Source of the DNA: a virus
Taxonomy: Duplodnaviria; Heunggongvirae; Uroviricota; Caudoviricetes
Strand: one strand, 5' to 3'
IMG/VR virus record: IMGVR_UViG_3300001798_000005
Length of the DNA: 64,000 nucleotides
Position 1 is the stretch's first letter. Each line of letters opens with the position of its first letter. The notes under the pieces were generated by a model. It was given only the letters and a program-made list of their open reading frames with translations, made no database searches and was not told where the DNA came from. Made by a program: the position numbers and the translations under genes. Below are positions 26,776-36,797 of the stretch, in pieces.

Positions 26776-29700
26776 GAGGCAATTCCCGGATTAAGTTGAC
26801 CACCTTGACGGAGATTTTCTTGAATTTGCTCCTGGATGAGTCCTTTCATGGTTTCATGAACGGCTTTGGCGACCTGATCCCCCATTGCTTTGTCCCTATT
26901 GGGATCTCCAGAGCCAGATCCTCCCTGAACGGTGACATTAATCTGAGGAGCAAAGACATTCCCTCTGCCAGAACCAACGGCCCTGACCCCCAGGGACCCG
27001 TCAGACATCCTCTTGAGGGGCATTATCGCTTCAGTGCCACGCTCGCCCATCAACCCGGTTTTTCCGCCGCCCATCGGGAACGCCGTTGCGCCACTGGTCA
27101 GTCCGCCCTGGGCGAAGGGGATAACGTTTCCATTGCGGAAGGCCCCACCGCTGGCGAAACCCGAGGGGGCCGCGATACTCCCAAGGGAGAGCGCCCCCGG
27201 CCCGGCACCCAGGAGGCCCCCGGCCCCGGTTGACACGCCAGCCACTCCACCGAATAACCCATTCAGTGAGGCGTAGATGGCTTTTTGAATCAAGGCCTGT
27301 AGGATCATTTTGAATATTTGTTTTGAAAGGTTGCCTAAGATGTCTGAAACCTTGGCTGAACCGGTGGCGATCTGATCAAAAGCGTTCACGAATGCATCCC
27401 CGAGGGACTTGGCCAATTGGAGCATTTTCTCTTGTTTTTGAATTACGCCATCAAGAGATAGTTGAGAATTCTCGGTCTTGCGGGCATCCGCAAGGGCGGC
27501 AAGTCCACTAGTGGAATTAAGATCATAGCCCTGATCGGCCAAAGACTTACGCCGGTTCTGTTCCCGCTGGGTCTCCTCATATGAGAAGAAGCTCATCTCG
27601 CCCGTAAAGGGATTTCGGGAAAGCCCCTGCTGGCGGGCTGAGATGAGGGCAAGATTATTTTCAATCGTGACCTGATTTTCCATTTGCCGATTAAGGTCTT
27701 CCCTGGCGAATTTCTGATCCGAAAGTGCTTTCGTGATATCCCGGATTGATTGCGCGTGGGCTGAATTCTCACTTATCCCGAGTCTAATGATCTCAGCATT
27801 TGCGCTATTGAGAGCCTCGGCGTCCCTCAGGGCATGGTTGCCCTTCAGCCGTGCCTCATAGAGGCCCTGCTCAACATCAATGGCTTTCTTTTGGGCATCA
27901 ACATAATGTGCCACTTCATCCTCAAGTGATACCGCCTGGCCGCGCATCAGGGCGGAGGACAATAGCCCTCCTCTTTTGCTCTCGGGGCTGATGCCTTTGG
28001 CCTTGAGGGCGTTTTCGATTTCTTGTCTGTTTTTGGTTTCCCGAAGCCCAACAGTGCCGCCGGTCTGGAATGCCTCAAGACGAGCGGCAGCCTGTAAGGT
28101 CGCGTCCTGGGCGGCCTGAATGGCCGACACCTCCTCGGTGGCCCTACTGAGTTCTTTGGTTCGGAGAATCTGTTCCACCAGAGCTTCTGTCTGGGCCTTT
28201 GTGATCTTCAGATGGGCTTGTCTAACTTTGTCCTCAGCCTCTATGCGGTCTTTCATTTTTTGGGAAGCTAGATCCCCACCTTGGATTTGAGCATTCAGGA
28301 GCCTTTGGGCTTCGGCTTCCCTGGCGTTGGAGTCCTCGATGAATTGGCGGATCTTTTTGGCGTCGGCTGATTCTTTACCGGCTGCGCCGGGGAAAGATTT
28401 AATTTTATTATCACCCCCGAGGTCTGATTTAACCCCCCTCAGTGGGGTTTCCATTGCCGCAGCCAATTGAACTAAAGATCTCTTTCTGGCCTCACCTCGG
28501 GCTTTCCATTTATTGGATACGGCAGCCTCGGCAGAATCAAACGCGGCCTCTCCGAGGTTGAAGGCATCGCTCCCAAATGTCCCATTTTTAATACTCTCAA
28601 GGGTGAAGACAAATCGCTTCATCGCAATTCCACTAATGGTTATGCTGGTTGACAATCGGTCAAATAACCCTGACACCTCGGCAATGAAACCCGCCACCCC
28701 AAGGGTTAGCATTTTCCCCAGATAGGAAAGGAGCTGACTCATAGAGCCCCCCGTGAGATTCCCAATGGCTTTATCGAGCCTCATTACAGAATCCACGGCT
28801 TCTTGGAATATTTTCCCAAATGGCTCCCTGATGCGCTGTAGCCATTTATCCAGATCCGCAATGCTTTTCGATATCCCCTCCAGTCCCGCGCTCGCGAGCG
28901 CCGTGACGTGGAACATTCTATTCAACGTATCGATCAATAGCAAGCTGGAATTTTGGACCTTGCCGAATGCTCTCTCAACTGAAGCTGGAAGATTTTTGAA
29001 CTGCTCCTCAATTAATTTTTCATTTTTCAAAATACCATTCAGGACCACATCAGAAGTTATCTTGCCGTCGGCGGCAGCCTTCTTGAATCTCCTGAATGCC
29101 TCTTCTGAAGTTTCCCCGGTTTTTCGGATCTGCTCACTTAACATGCGGGCAACTTTAGGCATTCCCTCCATGACTGAACGGAGTTCATCCCCCCGGAGGG
29201 TTCCAGAGGCCAGGCCTTGCGACATTTGGATCATGGCGTTCTTGATCTCTTCCGCTGTAGCGCCGGAGACAATACCGGCCTTGAGGAATGTTTCCTCAAA
29301 CCGCAAGAGCTGATCCGTGGACGCGCCGATCGATTGAGCTGCGGGCGCTAACCGCGTGAAGGATTGAGCGACGCTTTGGATCGATATCCCTGTTTTGTCA
29401 GAAATCCCAATCAGGCGGGCCATGGTGCCGTCGAACTGGTCGAGATTGGGAAGAACGTTTTTAACCTTTGCTTGTAATTGATTAAACTCATCTGCAAGTG
29501 AAACGATTTTTAAAAGCCCAAGAGTTGCAATTAAACTCGTCAAAGCGCCAATGATGGCCTGGAATCCTCCCTGCATGGAAGAAAGTGTTGCGCTCATACC
29601 CTTTAGGCTTGAATTGCTTTTATTCTGTGCATCATTTAATCTCTTAAGCTGTTCCTCCAGCCTTTTTGCGGCAAGCTCTTGGCGCTTAATGGCATTTTCG

Positions 29701-29900
29701 GCCTTCATCTGCTCAGCAATCAGCTTTCTGGTTGAATTGGAATTTTTTTCAAAGGCAAGGACATTTCTCTCCCAGGCCCGCTGCGTCTTTTGGGTTTGTA
29801 GCTCAAGTTTCTGACCAGCATCGGTCAGCTTTTTGAATTCTACCGTTGCCTTCTTGGCTGGCTCAGAATTAATGGTAACTTGTAAATTGGCGAGGTCCAT
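26772..29900 (-). CDS. Tape measure protein
   Basis: 1042 aa, helical; QMSQGLASGTLRGDELRSVMEG; C-terminal FASGG...GERGTEAIMPL. Confidence 0.95.
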   Translation of the reverse strand: MDLANLQVTINSEPAKKATVEFKKLTDAGQKLELQTQKTQRAWERNVLAFEKNSNSTRKLIAEQMKAENAIKRQELAAKRLEEQLKRLNDAQNKSNSSLKGMSATLSSMQGGFQAIIGALTSLIATLGLLKIVSLADEFNQLQAKVKNVLPNLDQFDGTMARLIGISDKTGISIQSVAQSFTRLAPAAQSIGASTDQLLRFEETFLKAGIVSGATAEEIKNAMIQMSQGLASGTLRGDELRSVMEGMPKVARMLSEQIRKTGETSEEAFRRFKKAAADGKITSDVVLNGILKNEKLIEEQFKNLPASVERAFGKVQNSSLLLIDTLNRMFHVTALASAGLEGISKSIADLDKWLQRIREPFGKIFQEAVDSVMRLDKAIGNLTGGSMSQLLSYLGKMLTLGVAGFIAEVSGLFDRLSTSITISGIAMKRFVFTLESIKNGTFGSDAFNLGEAAFDSAEAAVSNKWKARGEARKRSLVQLAAAMETPLRGVKSDLGGDNKIKSFPGAAGKESADAKKIRQFIEDSNAREAEAQRLLNAQIQGGDLASQKMKDRIEAEDKVRQAHLKITKAQTEALVEQILRTKELSRATEEVSAIQAAQDATLQAAARLEAFQTGGTVGLRETKNRQEIENALKAKGISPESKRGGLLSSALMRGQAVSLEDEVAHYVDAQKKAIDVEQGLYEARLKGNHALRDAEALNSANAEIIRLGISENSAHAQSIRDITKALSDQKFAREDLNRQMENQVTIENNLALISARQQGLSRNPFTGEMSFFSYEETQREQNRRKSLADQGYDLNSTSGLAALADARKTENSQLSLDGVIQKQEKMLQLAKSLGDAFVNAFDQIATGSAKVSDILGNLSKQIFKMILQALIQKAIYASLNGLFGGVAGVSTGAGGLLGAGPGALSLGSIAAPSGFASGGAFRNGNVIPFAQGGLTSGATAFPMGGGKTGLMGERGTEAIMPLKRMSDGSLGVRAVGSGRGNVFAPQINVTVQGGSGSGDPNRDKAMGDQVAKAVHETMKGLIQEQIQENLRQGGQLNPGIAS

Positions 29901-29901
29901 T

Positions 29902-30231
29902 TTACTTCTCTGTCATGATTCGGATAAAACGATTATCAAGATCCCGAATGATCCGCAATTCCCACCGGTGGGGGTGGGTCAGGAAACATTCCCTCCATGC
30001 CATGATATCACTCCAACTAATCGGCTGAGGACCCGACATAGAGTATTGGCGGCCCTCAGAGAGTTCCTCGAACCATTGAACGATATAAAACAACTCCCTG
30101 GGGGGATCTGGCATATCGAGTTCCGGGACATCGATCCCTTGGGAGGCGACTTGCTCCAGATGATCCCTAACCGAACCCCCACCGTCTTGTGGCCTGGAGA
30201 GGCGGAAGAATGCTTCTGCCCATTCCAGCAA
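29902..30231 (-). CDS. Tail assembly chaperone, gpT part (via -1 frameshift)
   Basis: The -1 frame is open from the slippery site at 30249-30258 into this ORF. Confidence 0.75.
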   Translation of the reverse strand: MLEWAEAFFRLSRPQDGGGSVRDHLEQVASQGIDVPELDMPDPPRELFYIVQWFEELSEGRQYSMSGPQPISWSDIMAWRECFLTHPHRWELRIIRDLDNRFIRIMTEK

Positions 30232-30236
30232 CTCAC

Positions 30237-30644
30237 TTATGAGGGATTGAAAAAATTTGAGCTTTCGGCAACAAAATCAGCTACCTGGCGACGAATCCAA
30301 GGGAATTCAGAAAAGAGTTTTGTCGCATTGGCAGCCGTGAAGGTTAAGGCTTCACCCGATACCGTGATATTTCGGAAGTCCACCACGCAAGCGGTAAGTT
30401 TAGCCAGTTCCTCTTTATCAAGCTCCTCAATGGTTACTTTATCGGCCTTCTGTTTAGCCCGCGCTTTATTGAGTCTCCGATTCAATAACTCTCGTTCTTT
30501 TTGAATAAACGGATCACTGTCGGTCCCGACAACCGTTAAACCAATAGACTCCCCCGCCTCCGTCTTGAGGACTTCATCGGTTCCGGGATGACGCAGCTCC
30601 ATGAACACCGGCTCATTGGCGGTTGAAAATTGATTGAGATCCAT
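30237..30644 (-). CDS. Tail assembly chaperone gpG
   Basis: Between tube and tape measure genes; MELRHP.T.E.L; GITVVG.DS-like motif. Confidence 0.8.
   Translation of the reverse strand: MDLNQFSTANEPVFMELRHPGTDEVLKTEAGESIGLTVVGTDSDPFIQKERELLNRRLNKARAKQKADKVTIEELDKEELAKLTACVVDFRNITVSGEALTFTAANATKLFSEFPWIRRQVADFVAESSNFFNPS
30249..30258 (-). promoter_or_regulatory. -1 programmed ribosomal frameshift site
   Basis: In-frame A AAT TTT TTC contains two overlapping X XXY YYZ heptamers just before the gpG stop. Confidence 0.75.
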
Positions 30645-30665
30645 TATGTGTGTCCCCTCTGTTGA

Positions 30666-31574
30666 TTATGATTTAACAACTTTAATCGTGGTGGCGTCGC
30701 TGGCATTATATAAGGCGTGGAAGGGCATCGTGATGATCCGGCTTTGTTCATTCGCCAGCGGGACGTCTCCACCTGTGTATTTGACAGTCCCCATTGTGAA
30801 GGTATAGGTGTTACCGGTTGTGGAATCCGTCACGGCGATCACAAGGGAGCTGGATGTTTCATTCAGGAATTTATTTAACATCGTCGCATCCTGATAATAG
30901 AGTTGCATAGAGCCGGTCACTTTAGCCCGACCATATTCGAGTTGTGGGGTCGTCGAGGATCCAATTACAAAAGTGGGCTGCAGGGAATTGTCAATCGTCA
31001 TATCGAGTGAGGTCACAATGGCAGAAGCTCCGCCGCCCTCAGTCAGGACAGCCGTGAAGGAATCAAAAGGTTCATTAGTCGAGGACGACGTAATGGTGGC
31101 ATCAACAGAGGTTCCGCTCTGGGCCATATTTTTACCAATGAGGCCAAATGTCCCTTTGACGATTGCATTTGGATTTACTGACATTGAAAAAGTATTGACG
31201 GCGCAGCCGGTAAAGAGTCGATATTGGGCAATGTCGAGAGCCCGATCTTCAATGGAAAAATATTGAGGAGTCGTTCCAGCTTTCAGGACGCCAGCGGTGG
31301 TGAATTGGCCAAAGAAAGCGCTTTCGAGAAAGTCATCAAAATCATCAGCTCTGAGGTCGACCGCAATGTCACCTTGAACTTTCCGGTTCCCATGTCGGAG
31401 TAATGCGATCTGTCGGTCAGGTCTAATCTCGTCAGACTCGATCCCTTCCTTTATCAGGGACAGCGAATGGCTATTGATCGGCAGCGATAAAAATACCGGA
31501 GTCGCGGGAGTGGTCCCGAAGGTCGATTCCACCATGTAGGATAAGCCAGATCGGCTACCTTGTGCGAATGCCAT
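30666..31574 (-). CDS. Major tail tube protein
   Basis: ESTFGTTPATP; SDEIRPDRQI...RHG; GDIAVDL; Phage_tube_2-like. Confidence 0.88.
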   Translation of the reverse strand: MAFAQGSRSGLSYMVESTFGTTPATPVFLSLPINSHSLSLIKEGIESDEIRPDRQIALLRHGNRKVQGDIAVDLRADDFDDFLESAFFGQFTTAGVLKAGTTPQYFSIEDRALDIAQYRLFTGCAVNTFSMSVNPNAIVKGTFGLIGKNMAQSGTSVDATITSSSTNEPFDSFTAVLTEGGGASAIVTSLDMTIDNSLQPTFVIGSSTTPQLEYGRAKVTGSMQLYYQDATMLNKFLNETSSSLVIAVTDSTTGNTYTFTMGTVKYTGGDVPLANEQSRIITMPFHALYNASDATTIKVVKS

Positions 31575-31624
31575 TTTTTATCCCTCAAATCTCAGGGGGG
31601 TTTCCCCACGTCACTAATATAATT

Positions 31625-32032
31625 TTAAACCCCGAATGCATACCACCCGATATAAACGGTCCGCATGTACCAATCAGGATCCTCTCCCGGCTGCGGTGCG
31701 GGTTCACAGTACGCGATATGGACAGACTGACCGGATGCGGTCAGGATCGTGCCTTTCGGGAATGCGGTCCTGATGTTTCCCATCATCGTCTCAGCTGCCT
31801 GGGATCCCGCATTGGGGGGATAGAAGAGATCAAGGATCATCACGCCATCGGCGCGATCCGGTATCCCGACCCCCACGCCCGCCGTGCGGACCCGTGCGGT
31901 CATGACAGTACAGCTCAGCCATGGCGTCCCCGGCGTGGGTCGGTAAACGACATTTTCATATCTGATTGCCGGAACACTTGAGACGGTTGCCAACTGAGTC
32001 TCCAGAGCGGTGCGGACCTGTAGGATCGTCAT
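31625..32032 (-). CDS. Tail terminator (DUF4128-like)
   Basis: IRYENV.Y.P..GTPWL; G.MILDLFYP..AGS. Confidence 0.75.
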   Translation of the reverse strand: MTILQVRTALETQLATVSSVPAIRYENVVYRPTPGTPWLSCTVMTARVRTAGVGVGIPDRADGVMILDLFYPPNAGSQAAETMMGNIRTAFPKGTILTASGQSVHIAYCEPAPQPGEDPDWYMRTVYIGWYAFGV

Positions 32033-32472
32033 AACTTGTTCAAGACCTCTTGCGCGATCTGTTGGGCCTCTGCGAGCGTGACAGCCACCATGCCCGCAGG
32101 GGCCTGCTGGGAGTGACCCTTTTCAAGGGCCTGGATGTATGAGGCATTGTTGGCCAGGATGATGACATCGCCCATCTTGGCTTGGCCGATTGTGACCGTC
32201 AGGGCCGCAAAAGGTGTCGAGACACTCCCCGCCCCCCCGGTTTTCCCCTTATAGGTTTCCCATTGGGGCTGGTTGGGATGCCCCCCAAGATTGCCCAGGC
32301 TGGCCCACCAGGAGGCTCGGGAAAATCCAGTCTTCACTGGGTTACGGGTAATGATCCGTAGGGCTATCTCCTGAGAGACAGTTTTTAGAAACGCATCTGC
32401 TTTTTTCTCAACCTTATTGAAAAATTTCGTCAGGTCTGCTGTAAAGGTCTGGGTCATGACTTCACCACACAC
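32029..32472 (-). CDS. HK97 gp10-like neck/tail completion protein
   Basis: PVKTGFSRASW; NNASYIQALEKGHSQQAPAGMV. Confidence 0.8.
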   Translation of the reverse strand: MCGEVMTQTFTADLTKFFNKVEKKADAFLKTVSQEIALRIITRNPVKTGFSRASWWASLGNLGGHPNQPQWETYKGKTGGAGSVSTPFAALTVTIGQAKMGDVIILANNASYIQALEKGHSQQAPAGMVAVTLAEAQQIAQEVLNKL

Positions 32473-32801
32473 ACATAAGCGATCACGGTCGTCCCCTCGG
32501 TGAGGGTCTGGACATCCTCGATCGAATAACTGACGCTGCTCTTGATGATCAGATCATTGATCGTCGGCGCAACCGACAAGCCCTGGCCGGATATGATTAT
32601 TTTTTTCTGGCCCGCCTGGGCGAGGCCCTTCCCTTTAGCGTAATCTGAAAATTCAATCAACTTGGCCGTGACGGTATAGTCTGTATTTGTTGGGGTGCTG
32701 GGGCCGGTTCCGGCAGTATAGGTTCGATTGCCCAATTTTCTCAACGTCAAGCTCTCCCCCTTGAGGAGGAGCAATCTATAGACCGGATACGTCAGATCCA
32801 A
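32454..32801 (-). CDS. Head closure / head-tail adaptor
   Basis: Position and size; beta-rich pattern. Confidence 0.6.
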   Translation of the reverse strand: MDLTYPVYRLLLLKGESLTLRKLGNRTYTAGTGPSTPTNTDYTVTAKLIEFSDYAKGKGLAQAGQKKIIISGQGLSVAPTINDLIIKSSVSYSIEDVQTLTEGTTVIAYVCVVKS

Positions 32802-33460
32802 TAGGCCCCCCAGGGGTCACCATCAAAGAGCTGATGGGGTTTTGGGTCGCCGTGGAAATAAACGATCCGTGCGTCTGCAGTTGGGCCGTTCTGGTCCCGA
32901 ATGTCAGCCTTGTAGGACAGAATCTGACCAGGGAATTCGTCCTGAAGGATGATGGTTTCCGAGATCGGAATATTGCCATCCAGCCAGATCATATCAGAGA
33001 CGCAATTCATCATCTGAAAGCGGTTTTTGTTCACATCTGATTGAAATTTTTCGTAAATCTCTTGACCCTTCTCGACTGAAAAGCTCATCACCCCACTGGC
33101 CCGCCGGGGGAAGTAAGGATCCCGGATCATCGCAAAGTCAGGGCGAAATTCAGCAATGTGATCAATGTCGCCAGTGATAATGGTATCCAGGCCCATAAAG
33201 AGCCGATGCCCGCCTCCGTAGGACCCCCGGAGGGCTTCCAGGAGGCAGAACATATTTCTGAAATCATTTTCAAACCGAACGGGACGGATATCCTCCTTGA
33301 AGTCATAATCCTGATCGACCAGACAGACAAACTCAAAATCATCACAAAAGCGATTAATCCCCCGGTAGAGCTTATCGGCCCAAGTGGCGTCAAAGATATG
33401 GCGGGAATGTTGCGGGACGTCTTGGCCCTGATATAAGGCGGTCACGATGGTAACTGACAT
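32792..33460 (-). CDS. GT-A-fold glycosyltransferase-like protein
   Basis: FVCLVD; LFMGLDTIITGDIDHI; SGVMSF; D..WL; IVYFHGDPKPH. Confidence 0.75.
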   Translation of the reverse strand: MSVTIVTALYQGQDVPQHSRHIFDATWADKLYRGINRFCDDFEFVCLVDQDYDFKEDIRPVRFENDFRNMFCLLEALRGSYGGGHRLFMGLDTIITGDIDHIAEFRPDFAMIRDPYFPRRASGVMSFSVEKGQEIYEKFQSDVNKNRFQMMNCVSDMIWLDGNIPISETIILQDEFPGQILSYKADIRDQNGPTADARIVYFHGDPKPHQLFDGDPWGAYWI

Positions 33461-34080
33461 AATTCCTCCAGGGTGATTTTCTGAAAAGCTTCAACCCGAC
33501 TCTCCGGGGAGGCGTTCATGACTATTATCCCAGCCCTTTCGAGAGGCTCTTTCGTCGCCATGAAGTCTTCAGCCCATCCCTTATAGAGTCTATCCTGCAT
33601 GGGGGAATCCCAATGATAGCCCCCGTGCCAGTGCGATTGCTCCCCGATCCCCATATCGATCCCGAGGAGGATAATCCTTGCCGCGCCTTTAGAGTATGTG
33701 ATATTGAGCGCTCCATGACCGGTATTCCGACCCGCGACATCAGGGGGTTCCGTCAGACCCTCGGCGCGGGATCGCCGGAGATAATGAGCACCTTCGACCT
33801 TTTCCCCATCACATCCATGCCCGGGGTCATTCGCGGGGCTAATGATCAGGAACCGATCGCCCGGAAAGGCAATCAATTCTTTCTTCATGTTGTTGATGAA
33901 ATTATGGTCCATCGAAACAATGCCATCACACTTGGCGGCTGGCATGAGCCCCGAGGCGTTACAGCCAAGGCGATAACCTGGCGGCAATCGATCGAAGTCA
34001 AAGCCCCTCAGGGAGTCTCCGCCGCCGATGATAAAAACTGTTTGGCCTTCCCAGGACCTATCCAGAACCGAATAACTCAT
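33442..34080 (-). CDS. DUF115/MptE/Maf-like (glycosyltransferase-like) protein
   Basis: VFIIGGGDSL; LGCN; NTGHGALN....GAARIILLGIDM...SHWHGGY. Confidence 0.65.
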   Translation of the reverse strand: MSYSVLDRSWEGQTVFIIGGGDSLRGFDFDRLPPGYRLGCNASGLMPAAKCDGIVSMDHNFINNMKKELIAFPGDRFLIISPANDPGHGCDGEKVEGAHYLRRSRAEGLTEPPDVAGRNTGHGALNITYSKGAARIILLGIDMGIGEQSHWHGGYHWDSPMQDRLYKGWAEDFMATKEPLERAGIIVMNASPESRVEAFQKITLEELCQLPS

Positions 34081-34513
34081 CTGCCTGTTCTCCACTGGGC
34101 GGATTGTGGAATTTATCTCGACTGAAGGCCGCCGCCGGTCGGTCTGTGTCTTCCCTGACGTTCTCGATTTCGGAAATCGACACCCCTCCGACGTATGGCG
34201 ACCCAAGGCCACCATAGAGAGAGTTTTGCGCCGCTTGGGTCGTCAGGATGCCAATCAGGCCCCTGTAGTGTTCATATTGCTGATTGGCCGATACCCTGAC
34301 GGATTCGATCGCGGTATCGCACAACCGAGAATATTTAGCTGCCAATGATTGAGCGCAAAATATCGCCGCTGTATACTTGTCAGAAGTGGCCGCAATGGCG
34401 AAATTGATCTCAGCGTCTTGGAGCTGTTGATCATTGGTATCAGTGTCACCGATCAGAAACCGAACCGCCGCCAACGTGGAGGCTGCTGGGTCTCCGGCGT
34501 AGGTCCAGGTCAT
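34058..34513 (-). CDS. Head-tail connector protein
   Basis: MTWTY...AVRFLIGDTD...QLQDAEI. Confidence 0.72.
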   Translation of the reverse strand: MTWTYAGDPAASTLAAVRFLIGDTDTNDQQLQDAEINFAIAATSDKYTAAIFCAQSLAAKYSRLCDTAIESVRVSANQQYEHYRGLIGILTTQAAQNSLYGGLGSPYVGGVSISEIENVREDTDRPAAAFSRDKFHNPPSGEQADELFGSG

Positions 34514-34515
34514 CG

Positions 34516-35055
34516 TTACAACTCGACGTAATGAATGTAAGCGTATCCGGCGATCGCGGTCGCGGCCCCGGAGGCCACAGAACCCGTGATGGCTTGAGTG
34601 GAGGTGAAGAGCTTAATGGTCTTGCCATTGGAGCCCGCATTGGCGATGTTGGTGAAAATCCCTGAAGAGACTCCAGTGGAGGCGGCTACGTTGGCCCCAT
34701 CGATGAGCGAATCACTCAAGGTGGTCTCGTCAGTCGCCACTCCTACATCAACCGTACAGGCGGCAGAGGTCAGGGTAGTGATATTCAGGACCACCAGGTG
34801 GACATATCCGGCCACGCCGGGCGTGAAGGCAAAAACACCGCCAGCGGTCCCGACTGCCGCCAAGGCGACTTTCTTAACCTTAATGGGTCGTTTGGTCCCC
34901 GTGCTGGGCATCGCTAAATCGGCAGCCGTAACGGTTCCGGCACTCGTGATCCCTTCGGTGATGGTCAAAAGGCTAGAAGATGACCGGGCAACGGTTTTGA
35001 GGCATTCCATTATTTTCTGGACCGCATCAGATCCGGGTACTCTGTAACCGGGCAT
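34516..35055 (-). CDS. Putative virion structural protein
   Basis: Ala/Thr/Gly-rich, beta-like; in the head operon. Confidence 0.55.
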   Translation of the reverse strand: MPGYRVPGSDAVQKIMECLKTVARSSSSLLTITEGITSAGTVTAADLAMPSTGTKRPIKVKKVALAAVGTAGGVFAFTPGVAGYVHLVVLNITTLTSAACTVDVGVATDETTLSDSLIDGANVAASTGVSSGIFTNIANAGSNGKTIKLFTSTQAITGSVASGAATAIAGYAYIHYVEL

Positions 35056-35336
35056 TATTTGACCTCTTTCTTTTCAGCCGACTTTTTGACAGGTTTTTCA
35101 AGTTTAACTTCAGGAGCCCCGATCAGCTCTGGTTCTGGTTCAGAAACCAACGCCGGGATATCGGGGTGATCGATGAATCGGTGATCCCACAGTTGGGTCA
35201 TCCGGCGGGTATTGACCGCCAATTGTCTCCAGGGGAAATCTTGCCCGATCCCCATCGGGTGCCCGTTGGCCGTAAAGGCCTTGCGGACCACGAATGTTTT
35301 CTTTAAATCAAAATCTATTCTGGCGCGAGGGCGCAT
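35055..35336 (-). CDS. Hypothetical head-module protein
   Basis: ATG after GGAGG RBS; 93 aa. Confidence 0.55.
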   Translation of the reverse strand: MRPRARIDFDLKKTFVVRKAFTANGHPMGIGQDFPWRQLAVNTRRMTQLWDHRFIDHPDIPALVSEPEPELIGAPEVKLEKPVKKSAEKKEVK

Positions 35337-35354
35337 AAGACCTCCAAGGGGGAG

Positions 35355-35379
35355 AAGCGGGGAACAGAGTTCCCCGCTT
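35355..35379 (-). terminator. Strong hairpin after the major capsid gene
   Basis: AAGCGGGGAAC-N3-GTTCCCCGCTT, 11-bp perfect stem; poor U tract. Confidence 0.5.
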
Positions 35380-35382
35380 GCT

Positions 35383-36369
35383 TTAAGCCACGATACTGGT
35401 AAAGAAATATCCCAGGTTTGCAGAAATGAGTTTTTGATCAAAAGCCATTTCACCTTCAACGCGGTCAGAGGCTTCTTTCTCAATTCTGAATTTTTTAATC
35501 CGAAGCCCATTAGAACCGGCGCCGAACATACCCTTCCAGGAGAAGGTATAACCACCACTGGGGGTCATCAGGCCCGGACGAGGGGCGCTGTAGACCAAGA
35601 GGGCAGTTTTGCCGGTGATGAAGGCATGACTGTTGGTCACGGTTTCAGCCGCCGAGTTGTAGATCGCCGAACCGACAAGGATTTCGTCAAGTTCAAGGAT
35701 CTGGGCAACAGCTTCCTTGGAGACCATTGCGGGTCTTCCGGCGGTTTGGCCGTATTTGACCCGATCGATGATGTCGGGGTGATCAACCAATTTGTCCCAG
35801 ACTTCTTGACCGAGCACCAATTTATTAGGGCGGAATCCGGTGGATTTGTGAACCACAGTCGCTCCCGCCCGAACGTCACTCAAGGGATCGGAGTTAGTGT
35901 AGTCACTCCACTGGTAGAGTTGACCAGTCGTCGGGGAAGCGGCACCGGTTTTGTCAGTCGTCCAGACGGAAGTCGTCATGAAAGAAGAGACGAATTTGGC
36001 TTCCTTCCTGATCAGCAATTTGGTCGTGACAAACTCAGTAGCTTCCATGTCGAGGTTCAACGGCACATCAGCGTTAGCGCGGATCTGATCCGGCACGTCT
36101 TTGTGCCAAGCCCAGACGTTGGCGAAATAGCTGGGGGTATTGTCGATCCGGTAATCACCTCCGGCAGATTCAGCCCCAGGGGCCCGTACACGAGCTTCAT
36201 CCCGGTTGAAATCCCCACGGTCGTATGTGAAAAAACGATCGGATTGTTTGTCTACAGGGATATTAGGGAAGACCTTATCGGCGATAAAGGCATCCTGGTT
36301 TTGCAAAAACGCGACACTGATCATTGTCAGCGGGGCGTTTACGTGGACATCTGATGCGGTAGGGTTCAT
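35383..36369 (-). CDS. Major capsid protein
   Basis: 328 aa; HVNAPLT.ISVAF.Q...FIADKVFP.IPVDKQS; FRPN.LVLG; position after scaffold and decoration genes. Confidence 0.9.
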   Translation of the reverse strand: MNPTASDVHVNAPLTMISVAFLQNQDAFIADKVFPNIPVDKQSDRFFTYDRGDFNRDEARVRAPGAESAGGDYRIDNTPSYFANVWAWHKDVPDQIRANADVPLNLDMEATEFVTTKLLIRKEAKFVSSFMTTSVWTTDKTGAASPTTGQLYQWSDYTNSDPLSDVRAGATVVHKSTGFRPNKLVLGQEVWDKLVDHPDIIDRVKYGQTAGRPAMVSKEAVAQILELDEILVGSAIYNSAAETVTNSHAFITGKTALLVYSAPRPGLMTPSGGYTFSWKGMFGAGSNGLRIKKFRIEKEASDRVEGEMAFDQKLISANLGYFFTSIVA

Positions 36370-36394
36370 TCCCTAAATCTCCTCTTACTTCTAA

Positions 36395-36775
36395 TTACGC
36401 GGTGGCGGATGCGGCTTTGGCGCGGGGGTGGAACAAGATGGCGATCACGTTACCGCTTGCGCCAGTCTCCAGAGCCTCACCGAGGATCACGTCATTGGTC
36501 GCACAAGCGACCGCTTGACCATTAGTGTCACTCGCGACGGGGTTACCTTTAGTGATCGTGCCCGCGCAGGAGACCTTGGTGATTCCGCCGACACAAACCG
36601 AGGCCGCCCGACCGGCAGCCGCAGGAGTGTTTTGCAAAACCCCAATAGCGAATAGGCCATCACCGGCGGGATCGACTTGACCGTCAGACGAGACGTCAAC
36701 AAAGTAATATTGCTTGGCTGACAGATCTGCACCCGCTTCAAAGTCAACGATTTGCATATTTTGCGAAAAAGACAT
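36395..36775 (-). CDS. Capsid decoration/cement protein (DUF2190-like)
   Basis: FEAGADLS.KQYYFV...G...IGVLQN.P..G.AA.V...G.TKV. Confidence 0.78.
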   Translation of the reverse strand: MSFSQNMQIVDFEAGADLSAKQYYFVDVSSDGQVDPAGDGLFAIGVLQNTPAAAGRAASVCVGGITKVSCAGTITKGNPVASDTNGQAVACATNDVILGEALETGASGNVIAILFHPRAKAASATA

Positions 36776-36797
36776 TCTCTTACTCTCTCCTCAGCTC

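Noticed and set aside
35212-36354. 380-aa plus-strand ORF and other long antisense ORFs (e.g. 2660-3202, 15548-16024, 28753-29313)
   Set aside because: Shadow frames of well-supported genes on the opposite strand, with no motifs
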